Shown here in pieces: positions 14,702 through 29,300 of a stretch of 64,000 nucleotides of DNA. This stretch comes from Auanema rhodensis. Lineage: Eukaryota; Animalia; Nematoda. The translations under genes were made by a program, and so were the position numbers. The stretch lies in assembly GCA_964057225.1 (NCBI GenBank), contig OZ059894.1, positions 6,324,001-6,388,000 of the forward strand, written 5' to 3'. Numbering within the stretch: the first letter of the stretch is position 1; every line of letters starts with the position of its first letter. The notes below the pieces were generated by a model. It saw only the letters and a list, made by a program, of their open reading frames with translations, did not search any database and was not told where the DNA came from.

Positions 14702-16160
14702 ATTCTTTCCATCTATCTTTGCCAACCTCATTCACAATGTTATTCCATTCTTCGTTGATATATAACATTTATTATTTTTTCATAAAACTTAATAATATTC
14801 ATATAATCTATGACTATTGATGAAAATTTTCTTTTGCTAACTTTTAGCTGAAATTATTACCTAGAATAACTGTTTTGGAGAAATAACAATATTATATGTA
14901 TGTATACAAGAGATCAAATTGTCATTTCAGTTCTTTTTCAATTTGAATATTTGTTAAATGTTGCAGCAAAGAGATTTGAGAATTGGAAATATGAGAGGAA
15001 TGAAAAAAAATGAGGACAGAATTAAAATATATATATATAAACATACCGAATATGATTCGTAATCAGGATCAGAAAAATACCATACGAGACTTTCGTTATT
15101 AAATGAATTGTTAGCCAGTTCTCTATAAAATACATATATTTAATATTAAATATAAGAATTTATATAATATATTGATATGTAAATCTAGCAGCTTACAGTT
15201 TGTTTTTACAAAGTATACGATGAGGGAAAGAATGTGCTAGACTTGCAAAATGTAAAATAAACTTGCATTTCGTGTTCGTTCTGCAACGAAATGATTTGCT
15301 TCAGATGTTTGAGGTTAGTTGGACGTGTGATGAACTGTAATTGAATTATTGTAAGATGCAAAGAAACATACGTATCAGTGAAAATATCTAATAACATACA
15401 TCTAGTAGTGTATGGTTTGTAAGATCAGACAGATCCATCGTCTTCCAATTCAACTGCTGCTCATTTTCCATAAAAAATAGTAAAAAGAAGTATAAATAGT
15501 AATAATGAGGACGTTATAGACTCCTATGAGATCGAGAGATGAGATTTGAACTCAGAATATAAGAAAACAGGAAACAAGTGAAGTAGTAGTTCTAAAAACA
15601 TATTAAAATATTAAGCAAACTTTAAAAAAAATTATAACAAAATAAAAGAAAAAAATATTATATTGGAAATTGTCTATATCTGGAAAAGGAAGGTTTTATT
15701 TTATTTTTCTTTGATTTTATTTTATTTTCTGTGGCCATGAGTCAGAAAGCTTCAAAACATGAATAGATATATCTTATGCCTTATGGGATGAAGAATTTGG
15801 AAGATTTGTAACGTCATGATTTTCACATTGCTCAGGTTGATCGTTTGTGTGAACAAATAGAAAATAACTTTTTTGAAAAGTTAGCACCAATGTGCCAGAA
15901 AAGTGTTGAGGGGAAATATGCAGACAGTGTGATTGAAAAAAATCTTTTTCGCATGTTATTAAAAAATTATAACGGCGAATCTCATGAAACAAGTCAAGAA
16001 CATATAGAATAGAATCTTCTCTTTCAATTAAGATGGCAAATAAGATCAGAAGACATAAATGAATATGTTTTCTGGAGAATATAAAATCTGCAAGATCGCT
16101 AGAACGAACTAAGAAAGACTTCGAGATGTGAAGGAAAGATGAAGAGAATAAAGAGAAAAA

Positions 16161-16161
16161 A

Positions 16162-16217
<56 letters not shown>
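16161..16217. repeat. (AG)n microsatellite
   Basis: Read directly from the sequence. Confidence 0.95.
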
Positions 16218-16221
<4 letters not shown>

Positions 16222-17170
16222 AGCGACATGAATGATCTATACGACATCAGATGAGACAGGACTCTGGCTTCTGAGTTACTGCTCACGGCGACACGGAATA
16301 TGACAACGCTGATGACTTGAGGAGAGAAGTTGCTATCGACTTCTCTAACTATTCTCTTGTTCACATGATTTCATTGTTAATTCAAGTAAATATTCTTCGT
16401 TTTTACTTTAGAAAAACCACAAAAAAAACAATCGGAGAGTACGGAAGAGAAGTCGAAGTTGAACATAAACCTTATAAATGATTATATACATCCATGTTAT
16501 TTATATTTGAAAACTATATAATTCCACGGTTTTTCACATATTCATTCCACGAAAAATATAAATTTTCGTTTATATGTCATTTTTGAATATATTTTTAAAA
16601 AATTTTTGATGTTTAAACTAAAAAAATATAAATATCAGCAAGATCTACATCAATTCCGTCTATATCCCACACTTTCACCTCGTTTTTTCTTTTAGCATAA
16701 CATTTCTCTTTTTCCCTGAACAGCAAAAAAAACTTATATTATCACTTTAAAAATTTTGATGGAAAAATGATCCGTTTATTATGTGTTTATTTAGATTTTA
16801 GATGACATATCTTTATAAATTGTACTAGTTCATAAACAATAAATATCTACATTGATCATCAGAATAAGTGCAAAATTCACTTTTTATTGGTTTTTTCTCT
16901 TATATTATTATTTATTTTACTTGTATAACTTAGAATTGAAGATCTTATATAACATTTTTCACGACTTTCATGAGACCGATGTGAAGATGTCACCACAGAG
17001 ACGTTAGCTTTCACAGCTAGGTTTATTCAAAGAAAAATATAATTTACATTAAACAGAACTGAAAAAACAATTTCCATGATTTAATTTCCAAATGTCAATA
17101 TTCATGCAAGGAAGTTGAGAGTAATATTTGAGTTAAATGAAGAAAATAAGTGAAAAGAGAGATGAAATGT

Positions 17171-17418
<248 letters not shown>

Positions 17419-18903
17419 AAATATGGACGAAGGAGGAAGCTATATGCCAGGACGACAAAGAGTAGGATAAATGTGGGAAGGAGGAAGAAAAGCTTAGAAC
17501 ATAAAAATATTAAAAGAACTAAAAGAAAACATTAAATGATTGGAATAAGATATGTATGATGAGCTCAAAGTTCAGAAAAAGTGTTAAAGAACTCCTTGCG
17601 AACATAGAGAACATAAAATTTCAATGGTGTATTTACAAAGTTATTGAAAGAAAGCGAAAAATAATTTCAATTAGTTATACATCAAATAAACTATTCGTGC
17701 ATACTAGCTGTGATGAAAGCATGATGAAAAGAAAATCCCAATACATTTCTTAGATATTACATCTGTATAGATCGCTGCTGCATCAAAACTAAGTCGATTT
17801 CGAAGTGGATGCTTCAGTACTCCTTACATCAACCCTTTATCTAACTTTAGGAATTACATACATATTCATATATCGATATCACAGATAGAAATAGATGAAG
17901 CCACGAACATCTTTCAACATGTTCTCATATTTGAAGAGTTGTAGAAACATTTGGAGAACTGACAAAAATTCCTTTTTTTGCCATTCATTCTTCATTCATA
18001 TGTTTAATGTGTTCAGAATATTTCCTTATATGCTCACTATAGTTGTATAAGAGAATTGTTATGAAACTGTTGGCAAATCGTCTAGCTCATACATATTTTG
18101 AAACATTGAAATTATTCTACCACTTCTATGAAAATTGCTAACGAACATTGAGATTGGGAAAACAATTATTAAAACATACAGAACAGCAAAAAAATTTATT
18201 CACAAGTTGCTGGTCAAACAGCCAAACATCAAATTTATAAAATAGAACCTTAAGGCAATCAGAACAAGTGATATACATGTTGGGAAAATGCAGGCGAAAA
18301 TGCACATCAGTCGTCTAATAGAAACTAAACATAGGCAAGATGATGAGAATTCTCAAAAAAAACGGCCTGAATATTTCACCATATTAGCTAAGATACAATT
18401 AGATATTTAGGCAATGGCATTATATATAGATAAAACATAGAAGAATAGGCAGAATTAGAGTGTTCTTTGAGAACAATTCACTAATGATAACATAAAATAA
18501 AAATATAATAATATATACATAGAGAATTCCATACAAAACATGACAGAAGTATAGCACCCAAGACCAAGACATGTATATATTTCAAGCTATATAAGCTTGA
18601 AATGGATTCCTATGAATACAGTTCGTTCATAAGGCAGACTTGATATTTAAATGCCCATTCCGCGTTGTATGATACTAGAAAGAATTAACAACATGACGAA
18701 ATGATAAGAGAAATGCAAAAGGTGATTGTTAGTTAAGAATAATATTAAAAACTGAGAAGTTAATGTGCAAAATTAGGAAACTGATAACATAATCCAAAAT
18801 GAATCAGTTACAGGAAAAAAAACAAGGAATATAGGGTGAGCATTACGTGAACCTAAAGCATACCGAATATTATCCAACCACGATAAAAATCAAAAGTTAC
18901 CGC

Positions 18904-20694
18904 TTATTGTCGAATTCCATCTACAACCGTGCTTTTAATGTGGTTCCAGAACTTTAAGTAAGAGGACGGGGAGCCCTGCCCATCATCAGAAGAAGTGGAC
19001 GAGGAAGATGAAGATAAATCTCCTGGAACTCCAGATAACACTGTAGTTCGAGAATCTTAAATAAGTTTAATCTACAATTAAGTTTTTATGGAACTGAAAA
19101 AAGCGAACAGCTTTTCAAAATCGAGCTTACCGTTTAAACGATTTCCTAATTGCTCCGTGGCTTCTTCGGCAGATTCTACAGATCCTCTTCTAGGATTTGA
19201 TGTTGGTGAAGGATGATTCAGCGACTGTTGGAGAGCAACAGGCGTTAACCATTCTTGAGGAAGGCACTGAAGAAAAAAAGGAATAAGAAAACAACAAAGT
19301 TACAGCCAATAGAAAAACCTTTTCTAAGAAGGGAATAGATCCACTAATCGTTGCAAGCCTATTAACCCAATTTGGAATATCGGTACCCGTTAAAGTCTAA
19401 ACAAGAACAATAAATAAAAATAACTAAATAACTAATATAAAACCTTAGCTAAAGCAGAGCTGAAATGATTACAATTCCTATTAATCAAATGATATCTAAA
19501 AGTAATTTATAGATTATAGCTTCAAAACAGGTCATGATACCTATCTCCACGATATTCTTTGCCAACAGCCTTGATGAGTTCCCTCACATCAGATATTGTG
19601 AAGTCAGTTTCTCCGATTACAATCGATTCCCTAGAAAGCTGATTATACACGATTAAAAAGCCAAGCACTAACTTGAACTTGAAATTTTCTCCTAATTCTT
19701 CAGCATCTTGAGGAGTATTCTCGAAAATACCGGAAAAATTATAAGGATGACCACCATACGCGTATTCTAAACAATAATTCTTTAGAGAAAAATAAACACA
19801 AACAAAAACTAACCAACTCCATATATCTCAATCCCTGAATGGAATATCCCAAACCCAATGTTTGCAGCGTAATCATTGAGCCAATACTGCAAATTAATAA
19901 ATTAAGTTATTTTGTCATTCAAAAATTGTGGTCTCCCTCAAGAACTAAGTAGTCTAAAAAAGATTTCATACATAAGAGCAAAACAACAGGTATGAGAAAT
20001 TCGTTCCACTTCTAAGCGCTTTGTTCCAGCCATACTAACTGTGAACAGAAGACAAACATTCTGCTTTCATATCGTATATTTCATGAAACGACAAGCAAGC
20101 ACAGTTGTACAAAAGTTCCATTGATGATGAGGCTTTATGTCTATCCACACTATCATAAACACAAATTCTGTATATTGATAGTGTCCTTTTGAAAAATATT
20201 GGCTAAATTCCTGTTCATATAAAAATTATATAGAATTTCTTTGAGGATTTTCAAAATATTCTTCGGAATTCTCGGTTCAAGAAAAGCGTGGCCGTTACAG
20301 CTCTTCCGCTTCCTGACTCAAAACCGGATATAAACCGTTTTCTATTTACCCATTTTCATTTAAAAAAAGTTCTTGTTTGTGCTCCAAATACTGACCGACC
20401 GTCGCGTCCAGTCCAGACGAACAATTAGAAATATGAAAAAAACTGAAGGAAGGAATTGTCAACTACGTCACTTCAGAAAATGATTTGGAACACGTGAACA
20501 AGGACACGGATAGATTTGGAAACAAAATTTCGTAAAAGACCCAGTATTTGAAATAAATAAAATAAGAAAGTGAAAAATATAGTGGTTTCAACAGGCAAAT
20601 AAGGATAAGAATGAAAAAAACTGAATAAATAAATAGGAAATAGCTTATAGCTCACCATATCATATACATTGAGACGAACAACGGCTCGCCCCAT
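18904..20694 (-). CDS. DESI2: PPPDE-domain desumoylating/deubiquitinating isopeptidase (DeSI-2/PPPDE1 type), 8 exons
   Basis: Exons 20656-20694, 19814-19886, 19673-19766 and five more splice to [79 protein letters not shown]...[38 protein letters not shown]...CLPQEWL...DGIRQ*. It has the catalytic His (FHSG) and Cys (NCNHFS) dyad, plus LNVYD and IP.WVNRLA motifs typical of PPPDE1. Stop at 18904-18906. Confidence 0.93.
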
Positions 20695-23600
20695 TCTGTT
20701 CAGTGGCAGTTTACGATTTGTATGTACACCAACCGCCAATTTTAATCTTAAAATATATAAATGAAAGGTCGAACTTTAAGTAAAAAAATCACGTGGAACA
20801 CGAAATATGGTAGAGCATGATAAGGAGGGTTGTGGTACAAAAAAGGTGAGACGGTAAACGAAAGGAAAAGGTTAATATTAGGAATGTGCCGAATAGTAAC
20901 CAAAATAGAACAAAAAAATATTGACAAAATCATGAAGATTCAGCCAAAATATCATAAAACAAATAAAGCTTTTCATGGTCAACACTGTTACACAAAACAT
21001 CACGATATGTACGATAAAAAAACTGTAAAATAGTTAATAAGTCATTCAAATTAATCTATTTAAAGAAAATGCTGTACAAATTTAGGAGATGGATCAAAAT
21101 ATAGCCAACTGTTATCGGAAAGTAATAAGAGATGTGACATGAAAGACGCGACTCGATCAATAACTAGTGAGTGAATAGCTCAACATATATATATACACAT
21201 CAAACAGGAATAGTATTGAACTTGTTTCTGGAAATTGTTTTATAAAAAAATCAATAGAAGAAGAGGGAAGAAAATTTGAAAGAAAGAAATTCTACAAAGA
21301 ACTACACTACTACATAGAGGAAATATGAGTGAGATGTTAAACAGCAAAAAGTTTAGAAATATCCCAACGGGCTCAAACATAAAAAGAAATTAAATCAATC
21401 ATCCCATTGGTTCAAAGGGGAAAAGAGCAAATCGTGGAAAAGGGAGGGAAGAGAAAAAGTTTTGAAAAACGGCAAGACGCAACTTATAAACTATCACAAA
21501 ATGAGCTAGTTTTTTTGTCTCGTGCGGTATACGGTACAGAATTAACAATACTGATAGCATGCTAATGACCACAATGAAAACTAAAAAATAAGTTAATTAC
21601 AAACAATATAAATAAAATTATAAACAAATTCAAGTGTAAAGAAGAAGCGTCCTTTTGCAATGGCAGCTTGTATTGCTTACTGCTCGTTTTAATCCTACGA
21701 AGTATACGTCGCACGTTTGTAAAAAGCATGCATCTTTATCATGGCACATATAGACTATGGGAGGAGAGGAATGAGGCTGACTCATAAATGTCTTCTAAAC
21801 CCTGCTAGTCCCACGCATTTGAACCGTGAACTTAATTTTAGTTGAATTACGAAATTCAACAACATTTTTATAATAGAAGAAGAACATCAATTAGTAAATC
21901 AATAGGTATATAAGAAATATATGATCGCACCCAATATATGAGAGGATCCCAAGCAAGAACCCAACACTTGAAACCGGCATTTCCGCAAGCAAGGGTCGTG
22001 TGTGGTGAAACTAGATTTCCAGTATTATCGACAACTACCTGTTTTTGGGGATGATGATGAAGTAAAATAACAGCGAAACCGGGATGTGTTCGTACAATCT
22101 TACGGATGTTAAAATGAGGCAACTACTCAGTAAGGGCAACAGTAATAGCTGGATTAGGAGTGGTTGGTCTATGAATATTAATAGCTTTTTTTAAATTTTG
22201 TTTAAATATATTAGGAACTATTGAATAGATAGAAGTGTTGCTTTTGGAAGAGAAGAGGGTTAGAAGGGTAAAAGAAAGAAGACTGATATGAAATGCGTGT
22301 TTTTCTTTGAAATAGGAAGGACAAAACGACTGAAGTGAATAAGATGGAAGATGAATATTATTGAGTAAAGAAATAGTATATGCACTCGACTGAATTATTC
22401 TAGTGATGGTATGAAGTATATGTAAGGAAGGACATTTGAAAACCTTTCATGAGAGCAAGGTCAGCAAACAGGTGAAACATGTCATGTGGAGTAGTAGTAT
22501 ACGAAATAGAAAAAGTAGGGAGAACGAAGAAGCAGCAGGAACTGCATCACAAGACACCTGCAAGCTTCACAACATCAAGATAATGGAGATTGAAACAGTT
22601 TCAAGCGGAAAAGAGAAAAGCGTAGATGGATAAAAAATGGATAATGTGTGGGGATTTTCAGTGAATTACTCTGCATTATCTCCTTATTTTCTCTGCATAT
22701 TCTCGGATTAAGGTTATACGTATTGAGAGGATTCTGAAAATGCATTAACGAAATTGAACATTTATAGAGAAAAACATTGAAAAACTTAATTTTGTGAAAA
22801 ACGCTTGATAAAAAGTGAAGTGAATTTATGCCGGAAGAAAAGGTGCAAAGGAAGAAAATTTCGAACAAGGCAAGCTTTCCGATCCTTCCGCAAGGCGTGG
22901 TTTTTAACAATCTTTGGAGAGAAGAGAGACTATCGCAGAACGAATGAACAAACGGTGGAGACAGATCGTCAGGACGATGATCGGAGAGATTGAGAAAGAG
23001 AGAGAGGTTGATGAAAAGGAGCAAGAAGAAGTGTTGAAGTCTTGTGTACAGGCTTTGGTCTTCTACTTTCAAATTCTCTCATGTTTGAGTATGCTCTTAC
23101 AAACTTTTTCGTTTCAGATGTGTTCGTCTCTGAACATCTGGTGAATCAAAAGTGTTTTTTTGAGAAATAGATAGAAAAAGAGAGAAAAAAGAAAAACAAA
23201 AGCTATCAGTTATAAGAAAGCAATTATACTTATTGAAGATTTAGCACTATAATCATTAATTGATCATCAACATATACATTGAGGAACTGCATAGATAGCA
23301 AAGAGAATCAACAGATAAATGAGATATAAAAAGACAAAAAGGAGGAAGCGAGATAGAACGTATTACATAATGCTTGGATGAGAGAAATAGAACAAAAGCG
23401 TAGAAGACATGGCTTCATCATGACGAAACCACAGCCAACGATAGCAGGCGATGGGAAGACCCTGAACAAACAGAAATTAGCAAATCGCAATATTTCAGCC
23501 GTTCTTGACGTGGTTTGATCCAGCTAGTCAAAAACCTTCTTTTTCTGTTCCGGAAATTGGCCAAATATAATATAAAATTTATTCATTATAATAGATGAAA

Positions 23601-24934
23601 TCTTCGAGAAATTTATTTTATAATGAGGTATAATAGAGCTCATCTTTGAAACTTAGTAAAAGGAAAAATACGAGCATCTACTCAAGAAGACAAAAAAAAA
23701 GTTTTTTTCAATAAATTGATGAATGAAGTGAGTAGTCAGGAGAAAAAAAAGTTGTTTGAGAGAAAAACAAGAAAAGTAAAATGAACTAGCCAAAATAAAA
23801 TTAAACTTCTCATCTAAATAAAGAATTTAGTTGTCACTTTTCAAACTCCAAACTTAATTTATCAAGTGCACTTCTTCTATCAATGTCAAAAAAACTAATT
23901 CTTCAATGTGTACATGTATATAAGTTTTCATAATCGGAATAACTGAAAATTTAACAAAATAAAAGAATGAAAGATACTTACAGATAATTAAACTAAAAAT
24001 AGAAACTAATTGAAATCATTATGATTTATCTTTGATTTTCAAGAAAGAAAAAAAAAACAACAGGATAAGATTTATAAATTCGTTCTTTCTACTGCTGTTC
24101 TTTTGAAGAAAATAGATTCTGTGAAATATCATCAGCTGTCTTGAATGAATTTCGGATTCTTCATCATCATCATCAACCTAGCAGCCAGTGGGTGATCACT
24201 TTTTTTGTTGGCATCCTGTGATAAAATAGGAAATAAACTGAATTTTCATCGAATGATATATGTATTTGTGTCTTAAATTCTAAATAATAAATCTGAAATG
24301 ATTATTTCATAATCACAGATGAAGAAACAAAAAAAAAGTTTTCAAAGAGATTTCGTGAGAAGATGTATAACTTCAATATATCTAAGAAAGAAGAGAAGAA
24401 AAATAATAATAAGATCATTAAGTGTCGGAAAATCATCATCTTCTTTCATTAATGAGATCAACAAAACGTTTGTATTAGAATAAGAAATATGATGAGGCAA
24501 ATATTTCAAATAAACTATAATAATAATAAAAAAAAAGTTTGAAATGAAAAATGAATCATACTATTATATATCCATAAAACATAGATTTCGTTAGGATTTC
24601 TTTTTTTATTATTAAAACATCAACATCTCACCGTTATTTCTATTATTGCTCATCATTCATGATATTTTTATAAATAAAAAGAATGATGTTAGGTCTAAAA
24701 AAGCTTACGAAAGTTATAAACTAATCTAATACAGCATGAGAAAAATGGAAATTGTTATAAAAAAAGAATTATTAACATATTATTGTCATCATCATCATCA
24801 TCATTATAGTGTATAAAATCATCTATCATCAATGAAAATCAATCAATCACTCTATCTAAACTACAAAATCCTCATAGTTATTTTGATGATATAGCGATTT
24901 GACTGTTTTCTGAAGCCAAAATAAGTTGAGTAGA

Positions 24935-25978
24935 ATGCCAAAAAGCTTGCTTCACTCATTTCATTGGTCTATTGTTGTTGTGATTATTCAGATATTTACT
25001 ATAACTACTAAACCTATAAGCTGCTTAGGAACAAAAGAAAGGATCAATCAAGGTTAGTTCATTGATTTCTTCATTTTTTCGTTCAAGTTATTAGTAAATA
25101 AGTATATGTGTAAGATAACAATACAATTCATATTGAACATTCTTCTTGTTAAACAAATCTTTGTTCTAATGAAAAATAAAATATGTTCCTCTTGCTTTCA
25201 GCTATTGAAGCTTGTTGCGAATATTCTTCAGTTAATTGTTGCCAACAAAACCTTAAAAGTTCATTTGGGACAACTCTTTGTGAAGCGGATCAATGGCTAT
25301 CACGTTCGAATTGCATTGAAAATAAACTCCATGGCACAAGTACACAGATCTCTAAACGTAAGTTCATCCAAGATAATGTTGATTTTAGTCTATTTTGTAA
25401 TCAAAATAATATTTTTGGATGGTGAAAATAAGATTATTTTCAACGAATAGTAGTATAATATATACAATATTTGTTTGTATTTGTCATGGAAATATTTATT
25501 TCTTCAGCCTTCTATTGCTGTTCTTTGTTTCCAAAAGCTTCTTGTAGATACAGATGCAATAACTGGCTTCGTAGCATCAGATTACCTCTACAAGTTAGGT
25601 AAGTCATACAATTATCTTGTAATTCTTGACTATTATTCTACATTTACATATTAAAATTATTTAAGATTTGATGAATTAGAAAAGGTTTGTCCATTTATGC
25701 CGGAAGATCGTAATAGAACTATTTCTGATGATATTATTGTTCGTACCGCTCAGAAAGCCTCACAATGCTTTGAAGATTTGGATGACGCTCGTCATGTGTG
25801 TGTCACAGATTGTTTCCAATTTCAAAAACAAGTTTATCCCAAAACTAACTTATTATTTAACTATTTAAATTTTACTCATTGCCCTCAACTTCACTTAAAT
25901 ACTAATTTATCAACAACCTGTTTAGGAGAAGAGTTACAACCTATACTATTTCGTTATGATGATTATGATTTTAATTGA
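24935..25978 (+). CDS. Putative secreted cysteine-rich protein, 225 aa, 4 exons, function unknown
   Basis: Exons 24935-25052, 25202-25357, 25508-25598 and 25666-25978, all GT-AG, total 678 nt in frame: MPKSLLHSFHWSIVVVIIQIFTITTKPISC (signal-like) ...IEACCEYSSVNCCQQ...LC...SNC...FYCCSLFPKASCRYRC...VCPF...QCF...VCVTDCF...HC...TCLGEELQPILFRYDDYDFN*. Confidence 0.8.
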
Positions 25979-26167
25979 GGGTCATCAGAGATTTTAAAAA
26001 ATGTGCTTAAAAAAAAGATTTAATGATTATTTAATTATATTTATTTATTTGTTTGTTTGTTTGTTTATGAAACAATTTGATTAGTGTACAGAAAAAAACA
26101 TTTTTTTCCAATGTTCTATAGTGTTTTTATTGTTTTACATAAACTAAAAAAAAACGTGAAAAAATAC

Positions 26168-26303
26168 ATTTTTTGTAAACAAATATCTAGGATGGACTCG
26201 GCATAAACCCTTTTTCCAAAATGAGCAGGAGTCCCAGCAAAATTTCGCAGAGAAATTCAGATTTTACACATCTGAATACCTAAGTTATGTATATTATATT
26301 TAT
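26168..26303 (+). repeat. Diverged partial monomer of the 200-bp satellite, inverted relative to the adjacent array start
   Basis: ttttgtaaacaaatatctaggatggactcggcataaaccc...tctgaatacc aligns to the consensus with several substitutions. Confidence 0.9.
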
Positions 26304-26330
26304 ATAATGAACTCGGAATGAACCTTTTTT

Positions 26331-29300
26331 CCACAAGATTGTTCACAAAAAAGTTCAGGCTGTCGTCACGTTGTGCCCGGTGAATGTGCCTTTTTCTTGA
26401 AGATCATAAACTATAATCAAATAAAAAGAGTTTGAGGTTGGGTATTCAGATGTGTAGATTTTGAATTTCTCTGTGAAATTTTGCTGGGACTTCTGCTCTT
26501 TTTGGAAAAAGGGTTTATGCCGAGCCCATCCAAGAGATTTGTTCACAAAAAAGTTCAGGCTGTAGTCACGTTGTGCCCGGTGAATGTGCCTTTTTCTTGA
26601 AGATCATAAACTATAATCAAATAAAAAGAGTTTGAGGTTGGGTATTCAGATGTGTAGATTTTGAATTTCTCTGTGAAATTTTGCTGGGACTTCTGCTCTT
26701 TTTGGAAAAAGGGTTTATGCCGAGCCCATCCAAGAGATTTGTTCACAAAAAAGTTCAGGCTGTATTCACGTTATGCCCGGTGAATGTGCCTTTTTCTTGA
26801 AGATCATAAACTATAATCAAATAAAAAGAGTTTGAGGTTGGGTATTCAAATGTGTAGATTCTGAATTTCTCTGTGAAATTTTGCTGGGACTTCTGATCTT
26901 TTTGGAAAAAGGGTTTATGCCGAGCCCATCCAAGAGATTTGTTCACAAAAAAGTTCAGGCTGTATTCACGTTATGCGCGGTGAATGTGCCTTTTTCTAAA
27001 AAATCATTAAATATAATCAAATAAAAAGAGTTTGAGGTTGGGTATTCAGATGTGTAGATTCAGAATTTCTCTGTGAAATTTTGATGGGACTTTTGCTCTT
27101 TTTGGAAAAAGGGTTTATGCCGAGCCCATCCAAGAGATTTGTTCACAAAAAAGTTCAGGCTGTATTCACGTTGTGCCCGGTGAATGTGCCTTTTTCTTGA
27201 AGATCATAAACTATAATCAAATAAAAAGAATTTGAGGTTGGGTATTCAGATGTGTAGATTTTGAATTTCTCTGTGAAATTTTGATGGGACTTCTGCTCTT
27301 TTTGGAAAAAGGGTTTATGCCGAGCCCATCCAAGAGATTTGTTCACAAAAAAGTTCAGGCTGTATTCACGTTGTGCCCGGTGAATGTGCCTTTTTCTTGA
27401 AGATCATAAACTATAATCAAATAAAAAGAATTTGAGGTTGGGTATTCAGATGTGTAGATTTTGAATTTCTCTGTGAAATTTTGATGGGACTTCTGCTCTT
27501 TTTGGAAAAAGGGTTTATGCCGAGCCCATCCAAGAGATTTGTTCACAAAAAAGTTCAGGCTGTAGTCACGTTGTGCCCGGTGAATGTGCCTTTTTCTTGA
27601 AGATCATCAACTATAATCGAATAAAAATAGTTTGAGGTTGGGTATTCAGATGTGTAGATTCTGAATTTCTCTGTGAAATTTTGCTGGGACTTCTGCTCTT
27701 TTTGGAAAAAGGGTTTATGCCGAGCCCATCCAAGAGATTTGTTCACAAAAAAGTTCAGGCTGTATTCACGTTATGCGCGGTGAATGTGCCTTTTTCTAAA
27801 AAATCATTAAATATAATCAAATAAAAAGAGTTTGAGGTTAGGTATTCAGATGTGTAGATTCTGAATTTCTCTGTGAAATTTTGCTGGGACTTCTGCTCTT
27901 TTTGGAAAAAGGGTTTATGCCGAGCCCATCCAAGAGATTTGTTCACAAAAAAGTTCAGGCTGTATTCACGTTATGCGCGGTGAATGTGCCTTTTTCTTGA
28001 AGATCATAAACTATAATCAAATAAAAAGAGTTTGAGGTTGGGTATTCAGATGTGTAGATTCTGAATTTCTCTGTGAAATTTTGCTGGGACTTCTGCTCTT
28101 TTTGGAAAAAGGGTTTATGCCGAGCCCATCCAAGAGATTTGTTCACAAAAAAGTTCAGGCTGTATTCACGTTATGCGCGGTGAATGTGCCTTTTTCTTGA
28201 AGATCATAAACTATAATCAAATAAAAAGAGTTTGAGGTTGGGTATTCAGATGTGTAGATTTTGAATTTCTCTGTGAAATTTTGCTGGGACTTCTGCTCTT
28301 TTTGGAAAAAGGGTTTATGCCGAGCCCATCCAAGAGATTTGTTCACAAAAAAGTTCAGGCTGTATTCACGTTATGCGCGGTGAATGTGCCTTTTTCTAAA
28401 AAATCATTAAATATAATCAAATAAAAAGAGTTTGAGGTTGGGTATTCAGATGTGTAGATTTTGAATTTCTCTGTGAAATTTTGCTGGGACTTCTGCTCTT
28501 TTTGGAAAAAGGGTTTATGCCGAGCCCATCCAAGAGATTTGTTCACAAAAAAGTTCAGGCTGTAGTCACGTTGTGCTCTCAAATCTCTTGGATGGGCTCG
28601 GCATAAACCCTTTTTCCAAAAAGAGCAGAAGTCCCAGCAAAATTTCACAGAGAAATTCAGAATCTACACATCTGAATACCCAACCTCAAACTCTTTTTAT
28701 TTGATTATAGTTTATGATCTTCAAGAAAAAGGCACATTCACCGGGCACAACGTGACTACAGCCTGAACTTTTTTGTGAACAAATCTCTTGGATGGGCTCG
28801 GCATAAACCCTTTTTCCAAAAAGAGCAGAAGTCCCATCAAAATTTCACAGAGAAATTCAAAATCTACACATCTGAATACCCAACCTCAAATTCTTTTTAT
28901 TTGATTATAGTTTATGATCTTCAAGAAAAAGGCACATTCACCGGGCACAACGTGAATACAGCCTGAACTTTTTTGTGAACAAATCTCTTGGATGGGCTCG
29001 GCATAAACCCTTTTTCCAAAAAGAGCAGAAGTCCCAGCAAAATTTCACAGAGAAATTCAGAATCTACACATCTGAATACCCAACCTCAAACTCTTTTTAT
29101 TTGATTATAGTTGATGATCTTCAAGAAAAAGGCACATTCACCGGGCACAACGTGACTACAGCCTGAACTTTTTTGTGAACAAATCTCTTGGATGGGCTCG
29201 GCATAAACCCTTTTTCCAAAAAGAGCAGAAGTCCCAGCAAAATTTCACAGAGAAATTCAAAATCTACACATCTGAATACCCAACCTCAAACTCTTTTTAT

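Noticed and set aside
21868-23490. Short ORFs on both strands upstream of DESI2
   Set aside because: I could not assemble a consistent spliced model or recognise a domain; probably UTR or non-coding, though a gene cannot be excluded.
26971-26995. Satellite contains CGCGGTGAATG (11-nt match to miR-124 positions 8-18) next to GTGCCTT (a miR-124 seed site)
   Set aside because: No pre-miRNA hairpin and no seed on the same strand. An 11-mer match is plausible by chance, and there is no evidence of transcription.
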